Notes under the pieces: model-generated
Seen by the model: only the letters and a program-made list of their open reading frames with translations
The model's database searches: none
What the model was told of the DNA's origin: nothing
Shown here: piece after piece, positions 8,020 to 17,358 of the stretch
Layout: each line of letters opens with the position of its first letter
How positions within the stretch are numbered: position 1 is the first letter of the stretch
IMG/VR virus record: IMGVR_UViG_3300044667_000032
Coordinates: 1-28,620 of that record
DNA length: 28,620 nt
Reading direction: 5' to 3' (one strand)
From: a virus
Lineage: Duplodnaviria > Caudoviricetes
Translations under genes and position numbers: made by a program

Positions 8020-8739
8020 TTACCAGTAGGCGGCCGTCTGGACAGCGACCTGGTCGATCAGGACCGGCTTCGTCACGAGAAGCTGCGACTCGGGCTTGAT
8101 CTCCAGGGCGGCCCAGTTCCACTGCCGGCCACCGTTGGAGCCGCCGTCGAAGTTGAAGGACACCGCAGTACCAGCCGTGGCGGTGTTGCTGGCCTTGTGG
8201 ATCGCGATACCGCTAGACCGAGTGTTGATGTTGTAGGCAAAGCCCGTGTCGCCGGAGGTCGTGACCGCGCCCTGGCCCTGATAGTCGTTGCCGATGGCCA
8301 CGCCCCGGCTGCCGTTCACGGTGCTGGTGTATGCGGTGTTGACGGTCAGGTTGGTCGTCGTGGACGACCCCTCGCCATTGGTGCCGACCGATCCCAGGTC
8401 GGCCCCGGTGATGACGAGCACCTTGAGCGCTCCCGCGTCCGAGCCGACGGCTGAGGTCGCTGTCACAGTGATGCCACTCTGAGCACCTACCGACGGCGCG
8501 GTGAAGATCGCCACGTGGCCGCCGTTGCCGCCAGCGTCGGAGATGTTGCGCGCCACCCGGTTGGTCCACGACAGGGTGCCCGTGGTGGACATGGTGATCG
8601 TCCCGGCGCCGGAGAGTTGTTCGAACGCGACCAGGGCGACGATCAGGCTGAACGCAGGCGGGCTGAAGGTCGTCGTGGTCTTCGTGCTACCGGTTCCGGA
8701 GACGATCGCCGGGGTGGAGGAGTCGATGGCGATAGCCAC
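8020..8739 (-). CDS. Minor tail/fibre-associated protein (Thr/Ser/Gly-rich beta protein)
   Basis: Located in the tail cluster, directly abutting the upstream stop; beta-strand-rich composition. Confidence 0.65.
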   Translation of the reverse strand: MAIAIDSSTPAIVSGTGSTKTTTTFSPPAFSLIVALVAFEQLSGAGTITMSTTGTLSWTNRVARNISDAGGNGGHVAIFTAPSVGAQSGITVTATSAVGSDAGALKVLVITGADLGSVGTNGEGSSTTTNLTVNTAYTSTVNGSRGVAIGNDYQGQGAVTTSGDTGFAYNINTRSSGIAIHKASNTATAGTAVSFNFDGGSNGGRQWNWAALEIKPESQLLVTKPVLIDQVAVQTAAYW

Positions 8740-9225
8740 CTACTCCTCCCAGATCACGTAGCAGTACGCGTTGACCGAGGCGCCGGCGGTGACCCGGATC
8801 CGCAGAAACTTGCTGATGGGGACCTGGAACTCCCGACCGAGCGGGTACTGGCGTACGTACTGGCTCGTCGGTGCGACCAACTGCGCGTCTCCCACGCGGG
8901 TCGCGGTGATTGTGCCTTCGACGGTGGAGTTGTAACCCGTCGCCGAGGTGCCACCGACGCACAGACTGGCCGGCGCGTTCGGGTCGTTCCACGCGGTCGG
9001 CGTCAAAGAGGAGACAGTCGCGGCCACGTCGGTCTGGATCAGCTCCACCTTGATCGGCGTGGCGGCCGTGCTCCCGTCAAACGAGATGCCGTATTCGACC
9101 ACTTTGATCGCCCGGGTGGATGGCGTGGCCACCTGGAGCAGGGTCTTGATGCTGGTGCCCGTGGACACCGTCGCGAGCGCGGCTATGGTCGGGTTCGCGC
9201 CGCATGCGGCCCAGTAGAGAGCCAT
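8740..9225 (-). CDS. Putative virion structural protein (161 aa)
   Basis: GGAGG SD before ATG at 9225 (MALYW); jelly-roll-like beta composition ending LRIRVTAGASVNAYCYVIWEE; in the tail cluster. Confidence 0.65.
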   Translation of the reverse strand: MALYWAACGANPTIAALATVSTGTSIKTLLQVATPSTRAIKVVEYGISFDGSTAATPIKVELIQTDVAATVSSLTPTAWNDPNAPASLCVGGTSATGYNSTVEGTITATRVGDAQLVAPTSQYVRQYPLGREFQVPISKFLRIRVTAGASVNAYCYVIWEE

Positions 9226-9259
9226 ACAAACGACCTCCAAGAGCCCGCGTGCGGGCATG

Positions 9260-9286
9260 AAAAAAGCCCCGCCGGCTCGGCGAGGC
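9260..9286 (-). terminator. Intrinsic terminator
   Basis: Minus strand GCCTCGCCG-AGC-CGGCGGGGC-TTTTTT. Confidence 0.8.
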
Positions 9287-9303
9287 GTCAGGGAAAGGTC
9301 AGG

Positions 9304-9759
9304 TCAGGAGGTGAGCGCGTTGGTCCACACGCCGTTGGAATGCAGATTGATCGTGAACGTGCCTGCCTGAGTGCTGTAGTCCTGGCCGAAGGTCCGCAAC
9401 AGGACCGCCCTCAGCCCGGAGGCCATGTAGAACAGGCCTCCTCGGGCGTTGGTGATCGTGGAGCCGGTCCACTGGATCGGCGAGTCGAACGTCCACCGTG
9501 ACGTGCCTGGGCTGCCGCTCAACTCCTCGAACACGGCGCCCGTCAGCGCGAGACCGCCCGCGGTGTACCCGGTGCCGGAGACCTCCGCGGTGTTCAGCGG
9601 GCTCGTGTTGTACGCCGCTCCGGCCTGGCTGAAGTCGGGCGCCAGCGAGTTCGTGAACAGGGCGAGCTTGAACGCGCTGCCGCTGGACAGGTCCAGGGCG
9701 AGGTCGTTGTTCAGCGCGTCCACGTAGGTGGCGACGAAGAGCCCGTTACTGATCGCCAC
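9304..9759 (-). CDS. Putative virion structural/tail-fibre-associated protein (151 aa)
   Basis: FKLALFT...EVSGTGYTAGG...IQWTGSTI..ARG...GTFTI pattern common to phage tail accessory proteins. Confidence 0.7.
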   Translation of the reverse strand: MAISNGLFVATYVDALNNDLALDLSSGSAFKLALFTNSLAPDFSQAGAAYNTSPLNTAEVSGTGYTAGGLALTGAVFEELSGSPGTSRWTFDSPIQWTGSTITNARGGLFYMASGLRAVLLRTFGQDYSTQAGTFTINLHSNGVWTNALTS

Positions 9760-9988
9760 CAGGGCCTCCGAGGTTGATCGTCACGTCCCGCTGGCCGGTG
9801 GCGTGCTCGGTCACCTCGTGGCCGAGCTGGTCCCGGACGGTCTGCGCTACCGGTCGGCCGTCGTCGCCGCGGTGCACCGTCACCTGGTCCTTGGTGGCGT
9901 GGGTGCGTCCGCCGCGGACGTGCTGGACGCTCTTGTTCTGGAGCCACTCGTGGTAAGGGCCGTCACGGTCGCGGTCGTATTCGGACAC
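9746..9988 (-). CDS. Hypothetical protein (~80 aa)
   Basis: GAGGCGG SD-like element before GTG at 9988 (alternative TTG at 10006); overlaps the next gene start. Confidence 0.55.
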   Translation of the reverse strand: MSEYDRDRDGPYHEWLQNKSVQHVRGGRTHATKDQVTVHRGDDGRPVAQTVRDQLGHEVTEHATGQRDVTINLGGPGGDQ

Positions 9989-10132
9989 GCCAATACCGCC
10001 TCTCAAGTCGTGAAGGAAAGAGACGCTGCTAACGCGTCAGTTACGAATGCGGCCAAAGCGACCACGCGAGGTCGTTGGAACGGGCCATCATGGCGACCCG
10101 TCGGGGCCGACAGACACCCGCAGGAGGGGACC

Positions 10133-10681
10133 TTGAAGATCAGAGCGTTACTAGCGACCGCAGCCTTAGCCTGCGCGGCAGCGGCATGCGGCGGACCTGC
10201 GTCCGTGGAGACCATTCCGACCAGCGAGGCCGACATCTCTATGCCGTCTGGTGCCGCGCAGTCGAGCGCCCCGCCGCAGGAAGCCGCGAAGGTCGGAGAC
10301 ACCCTTCAGTTGGCCGGCGAGGACGGGACTCTGAAGGTCAAGCTGGTCCGCGTCTTCCCGGATGCTCAGCAGAAGGGCGCAGCGCCCAACCCGCAGTCAG
10401 AGAACCGCTTCTACGCGGCAGAGGTCGCCATCAAGAACGTCGGCGCCGCCGCCTATGAAGGGGTTCCGACCAACAGCGCCGTGGTGGTGGACTCCACCGG
10501 GCAGCAGTTCAACCCGATCATCGTCACCCTTGAAGAAGGCGTCGACATGGGCCGGATCACCATGACCCCGGGTTCGTTGCGGCGCGGCCTCGTGGCGTTC
10601 GAGGTCCCCAGGAGCGTCACGATCGATCTGTTCCAGCTCGGACTTGCTGGCGGCACCACTGGCGAGTGGAAGGTCCGATAG
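10133..10681 (+). CDS. DUF4352-like lipoprotein (moron, antisense to the late operon)
   Basis: AGGAGG SD before TTG at 10133; lipobox-like LACAAAAC; Ser/Pro/Ala linker; AKVGDTL...FYAAEVAIKNVG...VVDSTGQQF...PGSLRRGLVAFEVP DUF4352-like fold. Confidence 0.8.
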   Translation: MKIRALLATAALACAAAACGGPASVETIPTSEADISMPSGAAQSSAPPQEAAKVGDTLQLAGEDGTLKVKLVRVFPDAQQKGAAPNPQSENRFYAAEVAIKNVGAAAYEGVPTNSAVVVDSTGQQFNPIIVTLEEGVDMGRITMTPGSLRRGLVAFEVPRSVTIDLFQLGLAGGTTGEWKVR

Positions 10682-10715
10682 GAGTGGTGGCCGACGTCCC
10701 GCCGCCGGCCACCGC

Positions 10716-13700
10716 CTACATGGAGCGCACCCGCGAGCCCAAGATCCGCCGCATCTCCAGAGCAATCCCGTATGGCGACTGCTCCGGCGTGGCGTGGAAC
10801 TCCTCGATGTTGACCAGCGGCGAGGATCCACCGCCGCTCTGGCCGCCCATCATCGCGTTCCACTGCTGATCGGTCAGCACCGGCTCAGGCCTACCCGTGC
10901 CGTTGTGAACCAGCGACGTCCCAGGCATGAGCTGGCCGCCCGTGTCGAACAACTGCGGTGGTCGGCCGATCAACTGTGCGGGCCGGGCCGCGACCTCTCG
11001 GACGAACGCGCCGGTGTGCGGCGCCTCAATAATCTTGTTGGCCGCCGTGTACATCCACACGTGGCCCGGGTGCGGGAAGCCGAGGTCGCCGGGAACCGGC
11101 GTCTGCACTGGTTTGACCCACCGCATCTGGTCCTGGGAGACGCGCGGGATGTCCTTGACCCCCGCGTGCTTCCACGCCTGCGAGGTCAGACCCGAGCAGT
11201 CGAACCCGGCCGGTCCGGTGCCTCCCCAGATGTAGGGCTTGCCGAGTTGCTGGCGAGCCCACGCCACAGCCTTGCCGCCGCCGACACCGCCCGATTTCCC
11301 TTCCTCGGTGCCGATCTTGTCGATGACCGCAGCCACCAGTTTGCGCGGCACACCCGTGACCAGCTTGCCCCACTGGCTGCCGCCGAACGCGGACTCCATC
11401 TGGGACAGCAGCGGGTTGAGGAGCTTCTCCGCCCCGATTTTCAAGCCGCCGGCCAGCGCACCCTTGATGTCGTCCACGATGCCGCCGCCAGCAAACGCGC
11501 CTGCGTAGCCCGGGTCGCCGGCGATCCCCAGCGCGCGGGCCACACCGCCGACGCCGCCGGAGCGCGCCGCAGCGTTCATCTTGTGGACGTAGTCCTCGCC
11601 TACGGCCCTGGTCCACTCGGGTCGCATGATGGCTTCGCCACCACTGACCGCGGCGAAACCCACATCCCTGCCCGGCGTGTATCCCGGGTAGATGCCACCA
11701 GAGGCGAAGCCGGGTGGGAGTGCCAGCTTCTTCAATGGGAGCTTGAGGCCAAGCGCATCGTTGACAGCGTTCCAGACGCCAACGATTCCGTCGTTGTACA
11801 CCGTCTCAACGATGAACTTGACCGGAGCCTTAGCGACTTCCTTGACCTTTTCCCAGGCGGTCTTGATCAGCGCAACGCCATCATCGAACGCTTTCGGAAT
11901 GTCCTTGGTTACAGCGTCCTTGATGAAGTTGAACGCCTTTTTGATGACGTTTTCCCATACCCAGTTGATCGCTTCGCCGATCTTGTCCCAGGTGGGCTTG
12001 ACCACGTTAAGGTGGAACCAGATCAGCTTGGGTGCCAGCGTGTCCACGATGAAGTCGCGGATCGCGTTGAACGCTGGCTTGATCAGGGTGTTCCAGACCC
12101 ACGAGATGATCTCGCCGATCTTGTCCCAGACGGGTTTGACGATCGTGTTGTGGAACCACAAGAACTTCGGCGCAAGCGTCTCGACGATGAACTTCGTGAG
12201 CCAGTCGAACACCGGCTTGATCACGTTGTTCCACGCCCAGGAGATCGCCTTGGAGATGCCTTCCCAAGCGGGCTGCAGGACGTTCTGCCACAGCCACGTC
12301 GCAGCAGGTGCGATCACGTTCTTGAACGCGTTGACCAGCCAGTCAACGACCGGGCTGATGACGTTCTCCCACGCCCAGGAGATGGCCTTGGAGATCGCCT
12401 CCCAGACTCCGGTCACGATCGTCCGGAACGTCTCGGAGTTGTTCCACGCGTAGATCAACGCCGCGACGAGCAGGCCGATCGCGGTGACGATCAACCCGAT
12501 CGGGTTGGCCGACATCACCAGGTTCAACACCCGCTGGACCGCGGTCCACGCGATGGTGGCCGCCTTCACCACGCCCTGAGCGGCAGCGAACAGGAGCGTC
12601 TTCGCCCTGGCGGCAGCCGACTGGATCGCGACCCGCCCGTAGGCCAACGCCACCTTGCCGATGTTGACCGCTGCGGTGGCTGCGGTCCTGCCGGCGGTGA
12701 CGATCGCCGTCCCGGCGGTCTTGGCCGCGGCCCCTGCTCTGGCTGCTGCGGTGCGGATCCCGTTCCACGCCGCAGCGCCGCCCTTAGCTGCGGCCGACCC
12801 GGCGTTCTTCGCCGCGCCGGCAATGGTCTGCCCGGCGGTCTTCGCGGCGGAAGCGGCCTTCTGCGCGGCGGATCGGATTCCGGTCCAGGCGGCGGTTCCG
12901 GCCTTGCCGACTCCCTTGCCCGCCGCCTTGGCAGCGTTGGCGATGCCGGTCCCTGCGACCTTGGCCTTGTCCCAGGCCTTGCCGGCGGCGTCGCTGATCT
13001 TTTCCCAGGCCTTCTTGGACCCGTCGGCGATGTCGCTGGCGGTCTGGATGGACTTCTTGACGCCGTCGACTGCGGTGGTGATGACCTTCCAGGTCTTGAA
13101 CGCTGCGACCACGCCAAGCGCGGCCAGGGCGAACACCTTCAGCGTCTCCGGCGAGAGCCCTGCCAGCCAGCCTGTGATGGACTTCACCACGTCCAGCGCA
13201 CCTGCGCCCGGGCCGGACAGCCCGGAGAACAGGTTGGTGAGGACGGCCCAGATGTCCTTGACGATTGCCCAGACCTTCGGCCCGTTCTCCTGGACGTAGG
13301 CGATGAAGGACTTGAAGCCTTCCGATTCGCCGAGACTCTTGCCCCAGTCGGCGAAGGCCTTCGTCGCGGACTCGATCCCGCCGACGACTGTGCCGGTGAA
13401 AGGCAGGAACGCCTTGATGATCCCGGCTATCCCGGTGATCACGTTCCCGAGCGACTTACCGAGCCCGGTGATCGCCGTGGGTGCGGCCGTGGTCAGATCG
13501 CCGAGGAAGTCCTTCCAGAAGGTGTCGGCCTTGCCGCCCTTGCCGGCCTTACCGATGCCCTCAAGCTCATCCAGGAGGTCACTCACAGCCCCTGTCGACC
13601 CGATGATCAGTGGCGTCAGAGGCTTGAAGCTCTTCTCTAGCAGCCCCAGGGACCGAGTGATGAGCGGTAGGACGTTCGGCGCGAGCGACTTCTGGAACTT

Positions 13701-15443
13701 CTCGTAGCTGTCCTTGAAGGCCTTGATCTGCTTGGCTGCTGCGGCCTCAGCCGGGGACAACTTGTCCTGCTTCTGCGTGCTCTTCGCAGACGCCGCAGCG
13801 GCAGCCGCCGCAGCCCGCTTGGCGGCCTCGGCCTGCGCCTTGGCCTGGTCCTTCTCCCTCAGCTTCTGGATCTTGTCCTGCAGTTTCTGGATCTTCTGCT
13901 GCCGTTTGACCTGCTCGACCGCAGCCTTGGCGTCGTCGACCCGGTCCTCGGCGGCCTTGACCGCCTTCCGGGCCTCTTCGACCCGCTTCGCGGCGTCCTC
14001 GCCGGCCTTGCCGCTGGCGGCGTAGGCCTCAGCTAGCGCCTTCTCCTGGTCCAGGACCCTGGAATTGGCGGCTTCGAGCTGCTCCTTGGCGCTGACTACC
14101 GCGTCCTGACCTTCAACGCCCTTGGCCTGCGTCTCCTGCAGGTCCTGTTCCTGGGCCTTCAGCTCATCGACGCGGAGCTGGGCCCGCTCGTAGGCGATCT
14201 CCGCGCGTTCGATCGCCTCAGCGTTGCCGCCCTTGGCCCGCAGCTTGTTGAGCTCGGCTTCGGCGTCCTTGAGATCCAACGCGGCTTCGCGCTGGTCCAG
14301 GGCGTTACCGCGGAGGCTCCGCGCCACGTCCTGCAAGGTCTTGATCGCCGCGGCCCTGGCCCGGTTCAGGTTCTCCTGCGCCTTGAGTGCGGACTGCTGG
14401 GCTGAGGCTAGAGACCGCTCGGCTGAGGCTGCCCGGGACGCCGCGGACGCCTGGGCGGACGCCGCCGCGGCCACGGCAGACTTCAGCCGCTCCTTGGCTG
14501 CGGACACGCCTTCAACCGCGTCCTTCACCCGGTCCTGGGCGTTCTTCAGCTGATCGGCGGCGTTCATCGCCTGCAGCTGCGCGATCTGCGCCTGAGCAGC
14601 CTCGATCGCCAGGTTGCGGGTCGCGCCGGCCGCAGTGTTCAGCCCCGACGCGGCCTTGAGGGCGTTGGACTCCTGTTCCTTCAACGCCTCGTTGATGCGG
14701 CCCAAGCTGGGCGCGGCCACCGCAGCGATACCGGCGATGCCGACACCTGCCGCTGCGAGCGGACCTGACAGGGCTGCCAGTCCGCCGGCCAGTGACGCCC
14801 CGACTGGGATGGCTGCCAGCCCTGCGAGGGCCGTGGCCACGGTGCCGATCGCGGCGAGCGCCCCGGACACGTCCACGTCCACGCGCGCACGCGCGGTCCG
14901 CCCGTCCACACCAGACAGCGCGGCCTCGACGCTCGCGAGTTCGGCCAGCGCTGAGGCGATGTCGGTCCGGACGTCGATGGACACGTCCTGGCCGTCGAGC
15001 GCCGACAGCTCCCGCTGGATCGCCGCCACCTCGGCCGCCGCGGCGCCGGCGTCGATGTCGATCCCGACCGTCTTGGAGGACAAGGCCTCCATACGGGTCC
15101 GCAGCTCAGCTATCGCCCGCTGAGCTGCGGAGCTATCCGCGTCCACTTCGAGCTTCGGCAGCGACTGGAACGCCGCCTGCAGCGAGGCCTTGACCCCGCG
15201 GGCGAAGGCTCCGCCGACCGCAGCGCCGTCCTGCTGGGACTTCGGCTGCTGCTTGCGGGTCTCCTCCCGCAGCGGCTCGTAGACGCCCTTGAGGGAGTCG
15301 GAGACGCCACGGCCGATCTCCTTGCCGATGTCCTGGCCGACCTTGTAGGCGCCCGGGAGCAGCGACTTCTTCAGGTCTCTGATGAAGTTCGTCGCATCCG
15401 GGACGACCGGGACGACGACTTCGCCAGCCTGAAACTCCGCCAC
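10716..15443 (-). CDS. Tape measure protein with C-terminal NlpC/P60 peptidase domain
   Basis: 1575 aa, Ala-rich helical with periodic Trp repeats, follows the chaperones; GKPYIWGGTGPAGFDCSGL...HPGHV NlpC/P60 motif near the C-terminus. Confidence 0.95.
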   Translation of the reverse strand: MAEFQAGEVVVPVVPDATNFIRDLKKSLLPGAYKVGQDIGKEIGRGVSDSLKGVYEPLREETRKQQPKSQQDGAAVGGAFARGVKASLQAAFQSLPKLEVDADSSAAQRAIAELRTRMEALSSKTVGIDIDAGAAAAEVAAIQRELSALDGQDVSIDVRTDIASALAELASVEAALSGVDGRTARARVDVDVSGALAAIGTVATALAGLAAIPVGASLAGGLAALSGPLAAAGVGIAGIAAVAAPSLGRINEALKEQESNALKAASGLNTAAGATRNLAIEAAQAQIAQLQAMNAADQLKNAQDRVKDAVEGVSAAKERLKSAVAAAASAQASAASRAASAERSLASAQQSALKAQENLNRARAAAIKTLQDVARSLRGNALDQREAALDLKDAEAELNKLRAKGGNAEAIERAEIAYERAQLRVDELKAQEQDLQETQAKGVEGQDAVVSAKEQLEAANSRVLDQEKALAEAYAASGKAGEDAAKRVEEARKAVKAAEDRVDDAKAAVEQVKRQQKIQKLQDKIQKLREKDQAKAQAEAAKRAAAAAAAASAKSTQKQDKLSPAEAAAAKQIKAFKDSYEKFQKSLAPNVLPLITRSLGLLEKSFKPLTPLIIGSTGAVSDLLDELEGIGKAGKGGKADTFWKDFLGDLTTAAPTAITGLGKSLGNVITGIAGIIKAFLPFTGTVVGGIESATKAFADWGKSLGESEGFKSFIAYVQENGPKVWAIVKDIWAVLTNLFSGLSGPGAGALDVVKSITGWLAGLSPETLKVFALAALGVVAAFKTWKVITTAVDGVKKSIQTASDIADGSKKAWEKISDAAGKAWDKAKVAGTGIANAAKAAGKGVGKAGTAAWTGIRSAAQKAASAAKTAGQTIAGAAKNAGSAAAKGGAAAWNGIRTAAARAGAAAKTAGTAIVTAGRTAATAAVNIGKVALAYGRVAIQSAAARAKTLLFAAAQGVVKAATIAWTAVQRVLNLVMSANPIGLIVTAIGLLVAALIYAWNNSETFRTIVTGVWEAISKAISWAWENVISPVVDWLVNAFKNVIAPAATWLWQNVLQPAWEGISKAISWAWNNVIKPVFDWLTKFIVETLAPKFLWFHNTIVKPVWDKIGEIISWVWNTLIKPAFNAIRDFIVDTLAPKLIWFHLNVVKPTWDKIGEAINWVWENVIKKAFNFIKDAVTKDIPKAFDDGVALIKTAWEKVKEVAKAPVKFIVETVYNDGIVGVWNAVNDALGLKLPLKKLALPPGFASGGIYPGYTPGRDVGFAAVSGGEAIMRPEWTRAVGEDYVHKMNAAARSGGVGGVARALGIAGDPGYAGAFAGGGIVDDIKGALAGGLKIGAEKLLNPLLSQMESAFGGSQWGKLVTGVPRKLVAAVIDKIGTEEGKSGGVGGGKAVAWARQQLGKPYIWGGTGPAGFDCSGLTSQAWKHAGVKDIPRVSQDQMRWVKPVQTPVPGDLGFPHPGHVWMYTAANKIIEAPHTGAFVREVAARPAQLIGRPPQLFDTGGQLMPGTSLVHNGTGRPEPVLTDQQWNAMMGGQSGGGSSPLVNIEEFHATPEQSPYGIALEMRRILGSRVRSM

Positions 15444-15477
15444 GACTCACCGCCGATCTTGTGAGTCGTGGACAGCG

Positions 15478-16009
15478 CTACGTCGGCTGCTGCTGGTGAG
15501 TGGCCCTACTGGGCCGGGAGTGGTGCCAGGTGCCGCCGGAGATCCGGCCACCGTTGATCCGCCGGAACACCTCGTCGAAGTGCTCGGCGGTGCGCGGCTT
15601 GCGCTTCTTGGCGTGCTTGGGACGGACGCCGGGCCGTGGCATCGGGTCGGGCTGTTTGGCCTTGCCGCCGTTGACGCGGATCACCACGGCTTGGAGGCTG
15701 CGGAGTGCGTCGTGGATGGACGCCAGGATCATCGCCTCGTGGGACCACTGGCCCTGCGACGGGTCGGCGTCCTCGCCGTACTGCTTGATCTGCGTGTCAG
15801 ACAGCTTGTTACGTAGCGCTGTCTTCGTCGCGGACTCCGCTGGCAGGTGGCGGATCAGGTTGCCGAGCATCCGCCACGTCATTCTTGATTCGCCGCCGCC
15901 CGGCCTCCACAGGTCGCGCAAGTCGGTGCGGTGGTAGTGCATCCACAGGTCGGCCTCGACCGCGTCGTAGTGCTCGGCGAGCAGCGCGACGAGACCGCCT
16001 ATTCCCCCC
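15478..16009 (-). CDS. Tail assembly chaperone T segment (expressed as a -1 frameshift G-T fusion)
   Basis: The -1 frame is open from the slippery site (GIGGLVALLAEHYDAVEADLWMHYHRTDL...) into ORF 15478-15942; QPDPMPRPG motif. Confidence 0.85.
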
Positions 16010-16316
16010 GGCCGACTCCCTGGTAGTGCCGGGTCGCGGCCCCGATGAGGGCGGTGATGTCGTCGTTGCTGATGTCCGACAGCTTGCAGAACCGCTCGTA
16101 GTCTTCGCCCAGGAGCTCCTGGACGAACGGCCTCAGGTTGCCCTCAGTATCAGCGGTGACCTGCCAGTCGGCGTCGCTGGGAGCCTTCATCGTGAAGAAC
16201 TCGCCATCGACATCGAAAGTGAACGGTTCGGCCCTCGCCTCGCGCTTGCGGGCGCGCAGGGAGAACAGGGAGACCGGCTGGCCTTCCTGGTCGATGACCT
16301 TCTTGGGGGTTGCCAT
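15999..16316 (-). CDS. Tail assembly chaperone (gpG-like)
   Basis: Between major tail and TMP; ends CGG GGG GAA TAG. Confidence 0.88.
   Translation of the reverse strand: MATPKKVIDQEGQPVSLFSLRARKREARAEPFTFDVDGEFFTMKAPSDADWQVTADTEGNLRPFVQELLGEDYERFCKLSDISNDDITALIGAATRHYQGVGRGE
16002..16009 (-). promoter_or_regulatory. Programmed -1 ribosomal frameshift site GGGGGGAA
   Basis: Slippery run immediately before the TAG; the downstream ORF is exactly in the -1 frame. Confidence 0.85.
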
Positions 16317-16900
16317 TAGGACTGGTGCTCCTCGACTTCAGGTGCGTAGTAGGAGTGGTACACGAGGTTGTTGGAGGCGTCGGGGTAGGTGGAGATCGTC
16401 CACTCGTAGCCGGCCATCTCGCCCTGCTGGAACGTGATGTCCGAGCGCTCGGTGATCTCGCCTTCGGGGACGTAGAACCGCTCCCAGGTGGTGCCGTCGT
16501 ACACGTCGAAAAGGAACGCGCGGCGGTCTGGGGACTGGGTGGCGGACTCGGCGAAAGTGACGATCCCTTCCCCGTCCGGCACCAGGTCGGCGACGTCGAG
16601 CCGGTTGTGCAGGGCCCGGACGATCGGCCGGTTGATCTCCCACGCGGTGAAGGAGAACGTGCGGATCGAGGAGGTCACGACCGTACGGAACGGGCTGCTC
16701 AGGCCCCACGGGGTGAACTGCTCGACGTCCTCCTCCACGCCATTGGTGAGACCGTCCTCACTGATGGCGCCGATCGCCAGCCACGGCGAACCCGGGTAGC
16801 CCTCAGGGTCGGTCGGCTGCGCGGTGCCGACAGGCGCACACCAGGCGCCGCCGTTGCTGCCGACCACGGCGAGATCGGCGGACCTAACGATATTGACCAT
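16316..16900 (-). CDS. Major tail (tube) protein
   Basis: WCAPVGTAQP...GAISEDGL...FTPWG...TFSFTAWE...GEITERSDITF...GYEWTISTYPD typical of actinophage tail tubes; ends in Ser. Confidence 0.92.
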   Translation of the reverse strand: MVNIVRSADLAVVGSNGGAWCAPVGTAQPTDPEGYPGSPWLAIGAISEDGLTNGVEEDVEQFTPWGLSSPFRTVVTSSIRTFSFTAWEINRPIVRALHNRLDVADLVPDGEGIVTFAESATQSPDRRAFLFDVYDGTTWERFYVPEGEITERSDITFQQGEMAGYEWTISTYPDASNNLVYHSYYAPEVEEHQS

Positions 16901-16937
16901 GGTGGTTTCCCTTCAGATCCCGCTGGTCAGGGCATGC

Positions 16938-16969
16938 AAAAGCCCCAGACCTGCGGAGGTCTGGGGCTT
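16938..16969 (-). terminator. Intrinsic terminator upstream of the major tail gene
   Basis: Minus strand AAGCCCCAGACCT-CCGC-AGGTCTGGGGCTT-TT. Confidence 0.75.
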
Positions 16970-16980
16970 GGGTGGGACAA

Positions 16981-17358
16981 CTAGGCGGGGTGGACGACGA
17001 ACCCGTAACTCGCCTCGTAGCGGCGCATGTTGGGGTTGTCGTAGGGCACCCGGTGGGGGCGCACGTTGGTGCGAATCCGGTTGATCACAGCACCGCCGTA
17101 CACGGAGCGCGCGAGCTGCTCGTGCAGCAGGTCGTGGATCTGCGCGGCGAGGTCGGAGGCTTCGGTGGTGGTCGCGGCGTAGGCGGTGACGTCCGCGGTA
17201 GGCTGGTCGCGCTTGAAGCCGTCGTGGGTGCCGCCGATGCCAGTGACCTGAACCCACGGGAGCCGCGCGTCCAGGTCTGGCGGAGTCTCGGTGGAGGCTC
17301 GGACGTCCTCGATGGTCTCTTCCAGCCACGCGATGAGCAGGGCTTCAATGTCGATCAC
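16981..17358 (-). CDS. Tail terminator protein
   Basis: VIDIEALLIAWL...ETPPDL...LPWVQVTGIGG; directly upstream of the major tail; GTGA overlap with the upstream gene. Confidence 0.85.
   Translation of the reverse strand: MIDIEALLIAWLEETIEDVRASTETPPDLDARLPWVQVTGIGGTHDGFKRDQPTADVTAYAATTTEASDLAAQIHDLLHEQLARSVYGGAVINRIRTNVRPHRVPYDNPNMRRYEASYGFVVHPA

Noticed and set aside
9728-10132. 135-aa N-terminal extension of the lipoprotein ORF
   Set aside because: It is antisense to real genes; the SD and signal peptide place the start at 10133.
11850-13050. Trp-periodic and Ala/Lys-rich repeats
   Set aside because: These are ordinary tape measure repeats and not a separate element.
10644-13640. 998-aa plus-strand ORF, and similar long ORFs at 5550-6935, 6889-8454, 19644-20987, 25774-27720 and 26891-28450
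   Set aside because: These are antisense shadows of real genes, expected in high-GC DNA, with Arg/Gly/Val/Asp-rich composition and no motifs.
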